Source: an uncultured Nitrospiraceae bacterium (lineage in GTDB: Bacteria > Nitrospirota > Thermodesulfovibrionia > Thermodesulfovibrionales > Dissulfurispiraceae). From it: DNA of 47,328 nt. Shown in pieces: positions 30,263-38,600 of this stretch (the stretch's first letter is position 1; each line of letters starts with the position of its first letter). Location: positions 1 to 47,328 of the forward strand of contig CAMTVO010000058.1 in NCBI GenBank assembly GCA_947085205.1, written 5' to 3'. The notes below the pieces were generated by a model that saw only the letters and a list, made by a program, of their open reading frames with translations, searched no databases and was not told the DNA's origin. The position numbers were made by a program, and so were the translations under genes.

Positions 30263-30415
30263 CTATTTTTCTTTCTCGCTCTTTTCTTCCTTTTCCTCTT
30301 TTATCGACACATCCCTCACAAACTCCGCGCATTTCTGTCCGGCCTTCATCGAAAACTGCTTCTGGCACGTAGCCCTCCATGCACATACAATACATAAGAC
30401 CTTATTCTCACCCAT
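30263..30415 (-). CDS. 50-aa four-Cys small protein (absent from the ORF track)
   Basis: AGGAGGG RBS; MGENKVLCIVCAWRATCQKQFSMKAGQKCAEFVRDVSIKEEKEEKSEKEK. Confidence 0.65.
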   Translation of the reverse strand: MGENKVLCIVCAWRATCQKQFSMKAGQKCAEFVRDVSIKEEKEEKSEKEK

Positions 30416-30441
30416 TGTCCCTCCTGGCCATAATATGCTAA

Positions 30442-31302
30442 CTAAACATATATGATTACGGATTTATGCCTGAAATATCTTGCTAAGACCTTTTCTATGT
30501 TGTTTATGATGCTGTCCTTTGCATTTATTATAAACATCTTTGGCCTTTCTGTCTGTATCTCAAAAAGCTCTCTTTCTATTCTTTTTACCTCCGGCGGATT
30601 GGTAAATCTGATCTTCAACTCCTCTTCGAACATCGGAACCATCTTGTCTTTCATCCTCAATTCTGTATCCATAAAAAATATGGCTATCTCAGGCATAAGG
30701 TCATAAACCCTGTCGAGAAAGGCGCTGACTTCCTTCTGATATACTTGCTTGGGCGGAGAGGACTTTATTTCCATGTAGAGAATTGAGCCGTCTATCTTTG
30801 CAAGGAGGTCATAATCTCCTCCTATACCCGGCCTCTTCATCTTTACTCCCCATGTGGCTTCTGTGGCAAACTCCCGTATGAATATCTCTGCCAAAAACCA
30901 CTCAAGGGTCTCGCCAAAGCTCTTAATATGACCCCTTGTTAGCCTATATGTACTGTTTTCAGGTACTGCGAGTCCTGTCTTAACAAGATAATTTATGTAT
31001 TCATCAGTAACCTCTCTTGTAGAATATCTTGTTACCTGCGCCAGCGTAAATAATGGCTGGTGTTTGATTATATCTCTTAAGAAAAGTCTGAATGAATATT
31101 TTTTGAGCATTTCATAATACTCATCTATGAAATTTTCTTTGGGGATCAGAAGGTCATCGGATGGTTCTTTTTTATAGATTCTAAAGCCGCGTCTTTTAAG
31201 GATTGTGGAGAGGTGTGGAGTTAATTCACTTAAGGATTTTCTCAGTCTTTTAATTTCTGATTTGAGAAAATCGATCTCCGTATGTAGTTCTTTTTCCGAC
31301 AA
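30442..31302 (-). CDS. Hypothetical protein with a C-terminal PD-(D/E)XK nuclease-like motif
   Basis: GETLEW...DYDLL...YMEIKS; TTG start next to the yjbQ stop. Confidence 0.6.
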   Translation of the reverse strand: MSEKELHTEIDFLKSEIKRLRKSLSELTPHLSTILKRRGFRIYKKEPSDDLLIPKENFIDEYYEMLKKYSFRLFLRDIIKHQPLFTLAQVTRYSTREVTDEYINYLVKTGLAVPENSTYRLTRGHIKSFGETLEWFLAEIFIREFATEATWGVKMKRPGIGGDYDLLAKIDGSILYMEIKSSPPKQVYQKEVSAFLDRVYDLMPEIAIFFMDTELRMKDKMVPMFEEELKIRFTNPPEVKRIERELFEIQTERPKMFIINAKDSIINNIEKVLARYFRHKSVIIYV

Positions 31303-31303
31303 G

Positions 31304-31696
31304 TTAGACTATCTTGACGATTACCCTTCTGTGTCTGGGGCCGTCGAACTCACAAAAATAGACCGACTGCCATGTGCCGAGGATGGCCGTGCCGTCTTCT
31401 ATTATGACAAACTGCGACACACCTACCAGTGTTGATTTTATATGGGCAGCAGAATTCCCTTCCATGTGCTGATAGTCGCCCTCAAAGGGAATGAGCTTGT
31501 TGAGGGTTGTAAGGATATCCCTTTTGACGGATGGATCTGCGCCTTCGTTTGTTGTAATGCCGGCAGTTGTGTGCGGAACATAAATATAACAGATACCGCT
31601 TTTTACACCGGATTCTTTTATTGCCTCATGGATGTCGTCAGTAATGTCAACAAACTCGGTTTTTGACTTGCTTTTTATGTTTAAGGTCTTAAGCAT
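31304..31696 (-). CDS. yjbQ: YjbQ/UPF0047 family protein
   Basis: PHTTAGI..NE, H.EGNSAAHIKS, LGTWQSVYFCEFDGPR. Confidence 0.93.
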   Translation of the reverse strand: MLKTLNIKSKSKTEFVDITDDIHEAIKESGVKSGICYIYVPHTTAGITTNEGADPSVKRDILTTLNKLIPFEGDYQHMEGNSAAHIKSTLVGVSQFVIIEDGTAILGTWQSVYFCEFDGPRHRRVIVKIV

Positions 31697-32147
31697 TGAG
31701 CTCCTCCTTGAGCTGTCTGACGCTCTTTTTCAGTGTCGGATGCACCTTGTCAGGCGCAATTTCAGACATTGGAATGAGGACAAAGTCCCTTTTATGAAGC
31801 AATGGATGAGGTATATGCAAATGTTCCACATCAATTACTATGTCATCATAAAGCAGTATGTCAAGGTCTATTATGCGAGGTCCCCATTTAACGGTCTCTT
31901 CCCTGCCCATCTCTTTCTCTATGTCTTTAAGCGCTCTTAATAATTCATCGGGCGAAAAACCTGTCTCTGCTTCTACAGCCATGTTGATAAATCTCGGCTG
32001 CTCTTTTAATCCCCACGGCTCTGTCTCATACATGGAAGAAGCTTTTCTTACGACTATGCCTTTGTTTTTCAATCCTTCTATGGCATTTTTGCAGTTAGCC
32101 TGTCTATTTCCAATGTTTGAGCCAATGCCAATATAAACTACAGCCAT
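31689..32147 (-). CDS. folK: 6-hydroxymethyl-7,8-dihydropterin pyrophosphokinase
   Basis: YIGIGSNIG, YETEPWG, WGPRIIDLDIL, IPHP. Confidence 0.96.
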   Translation of the reverse strand: MAVVYIGIGSNIGNRQANCKNAIEGLKNKGIVVRKASSMYETEPWGLKEQPRFINMAVEAETGFSPDELLRALKDIEKEMGREETVKWGPRIIDLDILLYDDIVIDVEHLHIPHPLLHKRDFVLIPMSEIAPDKVHPTLKKSVRQLKEELNA

Positions 32148-32162
32148 ATTAACCGTAACACG

Positions 32163-32248
32163 TAATGAGTAATACAATTAACAATTACGAATTATGAATT
32201 ATAGAAATTTCCTTAATTTATAATTTTTAATTTGTAATTCTTAATTTA
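32163..32248. repeat. Inverted AT-rich heptamer arrays between dapL and folK
   Basis: ATTAACA ATTACGA ATTATGA ATTATAG ... TAATTTA TAATTTT TAATTTG TAATTCT. Confidence 0.65.
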
Positions 32249-33421
32249 TTCTGTACTCATCACGAATTTTATCCTCTCCACTGCCTCTTTTATCCTGTTA
32301 ACATTTTGTGTAAGGGCAAATCTTATATACCCTTCTCCATGCGCGCCGAAGCCGATACCAGGAGTGCCAAGCACTCCTGCCTTCTCAACGAGGTGTGCCA
32401 CGAACTTTGTTGAGTCAAAGCCGGAAGGCGCTTTAGTCCAGAGATAGAATGTTGCATTAGGCTTATTTATCTGGAGTCCAAGCCCTTTAAGCCCTTCGTA
32501 AAGCGCATCTCTCCTCTCCTGATAAGTCTTTCTGATTTCAGACAGTATAGAATCCTCTGTCTGGAGCGCGACTATGGATGCCTCCTGAATCGCCTGAAAT
32601 ACGCCTGAATCAAGATTTGTTTTAATCTTGCCAAGCCCTGCAATGACATCCTTATTGCCTACTGCAAAGCCTATTCTCCATCCGGTCATGTTATATGTCT
32701 TTGACAACGAATGAAACTCTATTCCAACATCTTTAGCTCCGTCAACATTCAGAAAGCTTATCGGCTTTTCATTGTCGTAATAAATCTCCGAATATGCCGC
32801 ATCGTGGCATATGATTATGTTGTATTTTTCGGCAAGGGCTATTGCTTCTTTATAAAAGGCTTCTGAGGCAACAGCAGCAGTCGGATTGTTGGGATAATTC
32901 AGGAACATTAATTTAGCCCTCTTCAAAACATCTTTAGGAATCGCCTTGAAGTCAGGCAAAAAGCCGTTTTCTTCCTTAAGGGGCATTATATGGGATTCGC
33001 CGCTTGCAAACATTGTTCCGACAGGATAGACAGGATAGCCCGGAGAAGGCACAAGGACAACATCTCCCGGATTTACGAAGGCAAGAGGGATGTGTCCGAT
33101 GCCTTCCTTAGAACCGATGAGGGACAACACCTCTGTTTTAGGGTCGAGGCTTACATTGAATCTCTGCTTATACCAGCCTGCTACAGCCTCTCTATAAGAA
33201 AGCATCCCTTCGTAGGAGGGATACCTGTGGTGTACAGGCTTTTCGACTGCCGTTTTCATGGCGTCTATTATATGTTTCGGCGTCGGAATATCTGGGTCTC
33301 CTATGCTCAGGTCTATGAGGTCAATTCCTTTTGCAAGCGCATCCTGCTTCATTTTATCGATGACAGCAAAAAGGTATGGTGGCAAGTTTTTCATGCGTTC
33401 TGCCAGTTTGATGTTAATCAT
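32246..33421 (-). CDS. dapL: Class I/II PLP aminotransferase, probably LL-diaminopimelate aminotransferase
   Basis: LPPYLFA, GSKEGIGH, NYPNNPT, HDAAY, SLSKTYNMTGWRIG. Confidence 0.7.
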   Translation of the reverse strand: MINIKLAERMKNLPPYLFAVIDKMKQDALAKGIDLIDLSIGDPDIPTPKHIIDAMKTAVEKPVHHRYPSYEGMLSYREAVAGWYKQRFNVSLDPKTEVLSLIGSKEGIGHIPLAFVNPGDVVLVPSPGYPVYPVGTMFASGESHIMPLKEENGFLPDFKAIPKDVLKRAKLMFLNYPNNPTAAVASEAFYKEAIALAEKYNIIICHDAAYSEIYYDNEKPISFLNVDGAKDVGIEFHSLSKTYNMTGWRIGFAVGNKDVIAGLGKIKTNLDSGVFQAIQEASIVALQTEDSILSEIRKTYQERRDALYEGLKGLGLQINKPNATFYLWTKAPSGFDSTKFVAHLVEKAGVLGTPGIGFGAHGEGYIRFALTQNVNRIKEAVERIKFVMSTE

Positions 33422-33423
33422 TA

Positions 33424-33801
33424 TTATTTCTTGGCCGGCTTGGCGGGCATTGCCGGCTCGGCGCCTCTCTTTTCTTCTTTCTTCTCTGCCTTCGGTTTTA
33501 TCTCAATGCTCTTTGCAGTTTTATCCTTCTCAAAAAACCAGATGGTTACTGTATCTCCAACCTTTACATCTGTTAATGCCTTTTTCTCCTTATTCATTTT
33601 AACGAGAGTGTTTTCATTGATTGTAACGACTATCTCTTCCTTATATTTCAATGGTTTTAATGTCAGTGATTTTGCCGCCACATCTATTGCCATAACATCT
33701 CCGGTTCTCTGTATGACTTTAGGCTTCTCTTTTGCAGCAGCTATGCCTGCCAGAGAGACAATTAGGATAATTGAGAGTAAGATTGAAAATGCCTTCTTCA
33801 T
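33424..33801 (-). CDS. Small exported protein, probable OB-like beta fold
   Basis: Signal peptide, TGDVMAID...SLTL, DVKVGDTVTI, Lys/Pro/Ala tail; GGAGG RBS. Confidence 0.7.
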   Translation of the reverse strand: MKKAFSILLSIILIVSLAGIAAAKEKPKVIQRTGDVMAIDVAAKSLTLKPLKYKEEIVVTINENTLVKMNKEKKALTDVKVGDTVTIWFFEKDKTAKSIEIKPKAEKKEEKRGAEPAMPAKPAKK

Positions 33802-33830
33802 TAATAAAACCTCCTGAAAAATTTAAGGTC

Positions 33831-33870
33831 ATAAAATAAAGGGCAGGTAATGCATCACCCGCCCCTTGTT
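33831..33870 (-). terminator. Hairpin/terminator between the two small exported genes
   Basis: Minus strand AGGGGCGGGTGA-TGCA-TTACCTGCCCTTT-ATTTT. Confidence 0.6.
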
Positions 33871-33880
33871 CGAGAAATAC

Positions 33881-34168
33881 TTATTTTTTTGCTGGTTTTG
33901 CTGGTTCTGCTGGTTTTGCAGGCTCAGCCTTTTTCTCTTCTGCCGGCTTTTCTTCAGCCTTTTTAGCCTTCTTTGCCTTCTTTTTCTCAGCCTTTTTCTC
34001 AGCCTTGTCAACTGCTGCATCTTTTGCTGGCTCGGCCTTCTTCTCCTCGGCCTTTGGAGCTGCCTTGTCAGCCTTTGGAGCTGCTGCCGGCTTCTCTGCT
34101 GCGAATGCAACTGATGTCATTGCAAAAGCAAAAAGAAGCGCTACAAACAATGCCATAAATTTCTTCAT
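33881..34168 (-). CDS. Low-complexity Lys/Ala/Glu/Pro-rich exported protein (Asr-like composition)
   Basis: Signal peptide ending AFA; APKA, KKAE and PAKPA repeats; AGGAGGT RBS. Confidence 0.75.
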   Translation of the reverse strand: MKKFMALFVALLFAFAMTSVAFAAEKPAAAPKADKAAPKAEEKKAEPAKDAAVDKAEKKAEKKKAKKAKKAEEKPAEEKKAEPAKPAEPAKPAKK

Positions 34169-34222
34169 TCTTATTCACCTCCTTATTTTTAAGAGTTCCC
34201 CATTTTTGGCAGAATCTTACAA

Positions 34223-34238
34223 AGCAAGTTTTATGCCA
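34223..34238 (-). promoter_or_regulatory. Sigma54 (-24/-12) promoter
   Basis: Minus strand TGGCATAAAACTTGCT, 55 nt upstream of the 34168 start. Confidence 0.8.
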
Positions 34239-34308
34239 TAAAACAGGTTATATACAAGATGCTATAGGCTATAGCCAAAACTCATTGCTTATTCATCTCT
34301 TTTACACA

Positions 34309-34339
34309 CCTATCGCCTATTGCCTATTGCCCATCGCCT
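34309..34339. repeat. Heptamer tandem repeat
   Basis: CCTATCG CCTATTG CCTATTG CCCATCG CCT. Confidence 0.7.
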
Positions 34340-34346
34340 GATGCTA

Positions 34347-35741
34347 CTAATTCCTCTTTTCAGGAGATTTCTCCTCTTTTAGGGAGGCTTGACTGGTTCC
34401 GAATTTTTCGAGCCTGTACCAGAACGTCTTATAACTCATCCCGAGCAGGCGGGCTGCCTTTGCTGCGACATTATTTGCTTTCAGCATCGCCTTTTTGATT
34501 AATTCCTTCTCCAGTTCCTCAAAATTGATGCCTTTGTCAGGAAGCTCTATGTCCAGCATTCCTTTACCCTGAGGAAGCCGCAGCTCTCCCTTGATGTCAT
34601 TAAGGGTTATCTCGTCTGTATCGCTCATCAATACAGCCCTTTCAATGACTGACTGCAGTTGTCTGATGTTGCCGGGCCAGAGGTAATCTGTAAGGGCTTT
34701 TACTGCACCACTGCTAACACTCTTTACTTTCTTGCCGAATTCTCTGTTGTATCTATCAATAAAGAGGTTCATAAGAGAAGGAATGTCTTCTTTCCTCTCT
34801 CTTAATGGTGGAAGATCAACTGTCACTACTTTAAGTCTGTAATACAGGTCTTCCCTGAATCTTTCTTTTATGACCTCTTTTTCAAGGTCTTTGTTTGTTG
34901 CTGCCAGTATCCTTACATCAACCTTGATGTTGTCCTTTCCTCCTACCCTGCGTATTTCTTTGTCCTGTAAGACCCTCAATATCTTTATCTGGGTCAGTAA
35001 GGGCAGGTCGCCGATTTCATCGAGGAAGAGGGTTCCTTTGTCAGAGGATTCAAATAGGCCTATTTTCCTGTGTGTAGCCCCGGTAAAGGCTCCCGGCTCG
35101 TATCCGAAAAGTTCGCTTTCTATGAGATTATCTGGAATGGCTGCGCAGTTGATGGCAGTAAAAGGACCCGTACGCCGCGGGCTGTTGTAATGTATCGCCC
35201 TTGCGATTAACTCTTTTCCGGTCCCGCTCTCCCCCTGTATTAAAACCGTCACCGAAGTAGGTGTTGCTTTCTTGACCACCTCCACAACTGCCTTCATATT
35301 CTTGGATTCGCCTACTATCCCTTCTATCTTGAACTTCCCGAAAAGCTCGTCCTGAAGCCTGAGATTTTCTTTCAGGAGTCTCATCCTTTCAGCAGCCTTT
35401 TTGACGGTAAGGACGATTGCGTCCTTTTCGAGCGGCTTTGTGAGGTAGTCGAATGCGCCCTTTTTTATCGCCTCCACAGCAGAAGATATGGTTCCGTATG
35501 CGGTCATAATGATAATAGCTGGCTTGATTGTATCTTCCGGAATTGCCTCTAAAAGCTGCATGCCGCTCATTCCGCCCATCTTCAGGTCCGTAATTACCAC
35601 ATCAGGATTTAACTTTTTTATAAGCTCAAGGCCGTCCTCGGCAGAAGATGCTGTATGCACCTCGTATCCTTCGTCTTGCAGTATTGTCTTAAGAATGCCC
35701 CTCTGGCGTTGCTCGTCATCTATTACGATTATTACCGCCAT
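34347..35741 (-). CDS. NtrC-family sigma54-dependent response regulator
   Basis: Receiver domain, GESGTGKEL, ESELFGYEPGAFTGA, LFLDEIG, WPGNIRQL, Fis-type HTH. Confidence 0.96.
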   Translation of the reverse strand: MAVIIVIDDEQRQRGILKTILQDEGYEVHTASSAEDGLELIKKLNPDVVITDLKMGGMSGMQLLEAIPEDTIKPAIIIMTAYGTISSAVEAIKKGAFDYLTKPLEKDAIVLTVKKAAERMRLLKENLRLQDELFGKFKIEGIVGESKNMKAVVEVVKKATPTSVTVLIQGESGTGKELIARAIHYNSPRRTGPFTAINCAAIPDNLIESELFGYEPGAFTGATHRKIGLFESSDKGTLFLDEIGDLPLLTQIKILRVLQDKEIRRVGGKDNIKVDVRILAATNKDLEKEVIKERFREDLYYRLKVVTVDLPPLRERKEDIPSLMNLFIDRYNREFGKKVKSVSSGAVKALTDYLWPGNIRQLQSVIERAVLMSDTDEITLNDIKGELRLPQGKGMLDIELPDKGINFEELEKELIKKAMLKANNVAAKAARLLGMSYKTFWYRLEKFGTSQASLKEEKSPEKRN

Positions 35742-35744
35742 AGC

Positions 35745-37196
35745 CTAAGCTCCTTTTGACAGCGGGAGAATCAATTTTACCTCGCTTCCTTTGCCTTCAA
35801 CGCCATTGAACTCAACCCTTCCTCCGTGCTCCTCCATAACCCTCGATGTCATAAGAAGACCGAGTCCGAGTCCGTTCTGTTTTGTGGAGAAGAAAGGCTC
35901 GAATATCCTCGAAAGGTTCTCCGGCGGAACTCCGACACCATTGTCTGTTATTGATAAGATAAACTCGTCGCCGACAGCCTCTGTTTTTACCCGCAGGAAT
36001 CCTCCGTTTTCTGATTTTTCCATTGCATGGAAGGCATTGGTAATGATATTAAGTATGCATGATTTGAACAGATCATTGTCCACATCGATTTCCACATCGG
36101 TGGAGTAATCTTTGACTATACTTATTCCGTCCGCCTCTGCCTTTGCCCAGACAAGAGCCATAACACCATCGAGGAGTTCCTCGACTCGCACCTTTTGAAT
36201 ATTAAGTTTTATGGGCCTGCCGTAGTCGAGGAAATCGTTTACAAGCTTATTTAGTCTATGTATCTCCTGTTTTATGCCGCTTATGAGGTTATCGAACATC
36301 TTCCGGCTTTCTTCCCCATCAGGCATGTACTTTCCACCTATGTGGTCAATACTCAGGTTTATAAAATTCAAAGGGTTCCTGATTTCATGCGCCATGTTTC
36401 TGGAAAGCTGTCCGAGTCCAGAGAGGTGTTCGGCCTCCCTAAGTCTTTCTTCAAGGACGCGGGACTCTCTTAGTTTTTGCACCATGAAGTTAAAACTCTC
36501 CGAAAGCTGTCCTATCTCATCTCGGCTCTTGACGGGAATATTCTGATTAAGGTCTCCGGCAGCAACCCTCATGGCAGCATTCACGACATTCCGGATAGGC
36601 TGCGTATATCTTTTAGAAAGAATCAATGCTATAACAATCCCTATTCCAAAAACAAAGATCGTTGCCAGTATCCTGTTAATGAAATTCCTTCTGAGGATTC
36701 CAGAAAAATCATCCTTGTTAATCTTTAGATGTATATAGCCGTGTTGGATATTATCGGCAATAACAGGCAATATTACATTATATGTCCGGCCTTCTTCCGA
36801 AACAGGCTCTCCCAACTCTGCTTTTATGATGAGGTCTTTCTTCTTTCTGGTAAGAGGCTCTCCTATCTTAGCGGGATTGGTGCTTGCAACAATCTCGTCT
36901 GCATTGCTGATAATAGATATCTCTTTGACTCCCCTCGCGTTAAGATTCCTGAGATAATTTGACAGCCTTGCTTCATCCGTGACTCCAGACGCGGTAATCT
37001 CCTCGACGCCTATCTGAATTGCCTTTGTCAGTTCGGTTGTCTGTCTCTCTATTTTGCGAAACAGGTTGGACTGCGACTGCGCGTAGAGGAGCGAAAGAAC
37101 AGAAACGAGGATAAAACTTAAAAAAAGCATCATGAGGATAAGTTTTTTGTAAAGAGAGAGGTCGGAGGCGAGTTTGTCGGTTATGCTGCGCAGCAT
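35745..37196 (-). CDS. Membrane sensor histidine kinase (HAMP-HisKA-HATPase)
   Basis: Two TMs, HAMP (DEIGQL), AHEIRNPL, DNGVG, GLGLGL; start approximately 37196. Confidence 0.92.
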   Translation of the reverse strand: MLRSITDKLASDLSLYKKLILMMLFLSFILVSVLSLLYAQSQSNLFRKIERQTTELTKAIQIGVEEITASGVTDEARLSNYLRNLNARGVKEISIISNADEIVASTNPAKIGEPLTRKKKDLIIKAELGEPVSEEGRTYNVILPVIADNIQHGYIHLKINKDDFSGILRRNFINRILATIFVFGIGIVIALILSKRYTQPIRNVVNAAMRVAAGDLNQNIPVKSRDEIGQLSESFNFMVQKLRESRVLEERLREAEHLSGLGQLSRNMAHEIRNPLNFINLSIDHIGGKYMPDGEESRKMFDNLISGIKQEIHRLNKLVNDFLDYGRPIKLNIQKVRVEELLDGVMALVWAKAEADGISIVKDYSTDVEIDVDNDLFKSCILNIITNAFHAMEKSENGGFLRVKTEAVGDEFILSITDNGVGVPPENLSRIFEPFFSTKQNGLGLGLLMTSRVMEEHGGRVEFNGVEGKGSEVKLILPLSKGA

Positions 37197-37254
37197 GATT
37201 AATGATAACATAGTCTTGAATTTATTTGGAATTGATAATACTATAAAACTGAAA

Positions 37255-37977
37255 ATGCTGATAGAGAATGCTTCAACCATATTCAAAAAAATGAGCCATG
37301 CGGCAATGCGCGCTGGAAGAAGTCCTGAAAGCGTCAAGCTCATCGCTGTTACAAAGACAGTGGGCATAGAAACCATCAAAGAGGCAATAGATGCCGGATT
37401 GAGGATATTCGGAGAAAATAGGGTGCAGGAGGCAAGGGGGAAAGCTGAAAGTTTAAAGTTGAAAGTTATCCCCCCTGCTCCCCCTCTTAATAAGGGGGGG
37501 ACTATTGGGGGGGTTGAGTGGCATTTGATAGGCCATTTGCAGAAAAACAAAGCAAAGTATGCAGTTCAGTTATTTGACCTTATTCATACTGTTGATTCTA
37601 TAGAGCTTGCAGAAGAACTGAGCAGACAGGCTGAAAAGACAAGAAAGATTCAGAGAATTCTTGTTCAGGTAAAATTATCAGAAGAGGAAACAAAGCATGG
37701 AGTTTCAGAAATGGATTTACTTCCCTTACTTAAAAAAATAGAGAGTCTTGTCAATTTAAAACTCGAAGGACTAATGACTATACCGCCATACTTTGAAGAC
37801 GCTGAAGAAGTTAGACCGTATTTCAAAAAATTAAGAGAGCTGAGAGATAAAGCAGAAAAAGAGGGATTCAAGCTTCCTGAGCTTTCCATGGGCATGTCCA
37901 ATGACTTTGAAGCGGCAATAGAAGAAGGCGCTACAATGGTAAGGATAGGGACAGCAATATTCGGAGAAAGGAAATAA
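37255..37977 (+). CDS. yggS: PLP homeostasis protein YggS, with a repeat-derived insertion
   Basis: LIAVTK, FGENRVQEA, WHLIGHLQKNK, LSMGMSNDF, GATMVRIGTAIFG. Confidence 0.95.
   Translation: MLIENASTIFKKMSHAAMRAGRSPESVKLIAVTKTVGIETIKEAIDAGLRIFGENRVQEARGKAESLKLKVIPPAPPLNKGGTIGGVEWHLIGHLQKNKAKYAVQLFDLIHTVDSIELAEELSRQAEKTRKIQRILVQVKLSEEETKHGVSEMDLLPLLKKIESLVNLKLEGLMTIPPYFEDAEEVRPYFKKLRELRDKAEKEGFKLPELSMGMSNDFEAAIEEGATMVRIGTAIFGERK
37441..37513 (+). repeat. Heptamer array plus C/G-run palindrome in-frame in yggS
   Basis: AAAGCTG AAAGTTT AAAGTTG AAAGTT, then CCCCCCTGCTCCCCCTCTTAATAAGGGGGGGACTATTGGGGGGG. Confidence 0.8.
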
Positions 37978-38058
37978 TATAAATAATTTAGGTCATTATA
38001 TGGCATAAAAAAAGCCTATCCTGTAAAATAAAATTAAAACTGAAAGGAGGCCAACTAA

Positions 38059-38259
38059 ATGCAAGTTCAATACATAACTGATAAAAAAGGACATAAGACA
38101 AATGTGGTGATACCTTATAAAGAATGGGAGCGTCTTATGAAGGAAATGCAAAAACAGAAAGCTTTACTCGGCTTGAAAGAGGCCGTGTCGGATGTGAAGG
38201 CTATGCTTGCCGGAAAAAAGAAAATGAGAACAATTGAAGAGCTAATTAATGAGTTATAA
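38059..38259 (+). CDS. Putative antitoxin
   Basis: 66 aa, QYITDKKG...VVIPYKEW, strong RBS, overlaps the downstream toxin gene. Confidence 0.7.
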   Translation: MQVQYITDKKGHKTNVVIPYKEWERLMKEMQKQKALLGLKEAVSDVKAMLAGKKKMRTIEELINEL

Positions 38260-38587
38260 GATTGTTCCAACAGACAACTTCTCAAGAGAACTTAAAAGAC
38301 TCAGCAAAAAATATCCTTCACTAAAACGACAAATCAAAGATTTTTCAAAAGATCTGTTAGATAATCCGAAAATAGGCGCACCTATCGGACATAATTGCTA
38401 TAAGGTGAGGGTTTCAACTCCCGATAAAACGGGAGGCAAAAGCAAAGGGTTTCGCATAATTACGCATGTAGTTTTTAAGAAAGAGATAGTATTTCTGTTA
38501 TCTATTTACGATAAGTCTGAAATCTTAACGCTGAAGGACTGGGAGATAAAAAGAATAATTAAAGATATGGATAAAATTATATTATGA
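38249..38587 (+). CDS. RelE/ParE-superfamily toxin
   Basis: F.RELKRLSKKYPS, CYKVR, GKSKGFRII, LLSIYDKSE. Confidence 0.85.
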   Translation: MSYKIVPTDNFSRELKRLSKKYPSLKRQIKDFSKDLLDNPKIGAPIGHNCYKVRVSTPDKTGGKSKGFRIITHVVFKKEIVFLLSIYDKSEILTLKDWEIKRIIKDMDKIIL

Positions 38588-38600
38588 ATGAGAAATAGTT

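Noticed and set aside
32990..33817. 275-aa plus-strand ORF
   Set aside because: Antisense shadow of dapL and the exported-protein gene, with no recognisable motifs.
37197..37550. 118-aa N-terminal extension of the histidine kinase
   Set aside because: It is antisense to yggS and has no kinase-like features.
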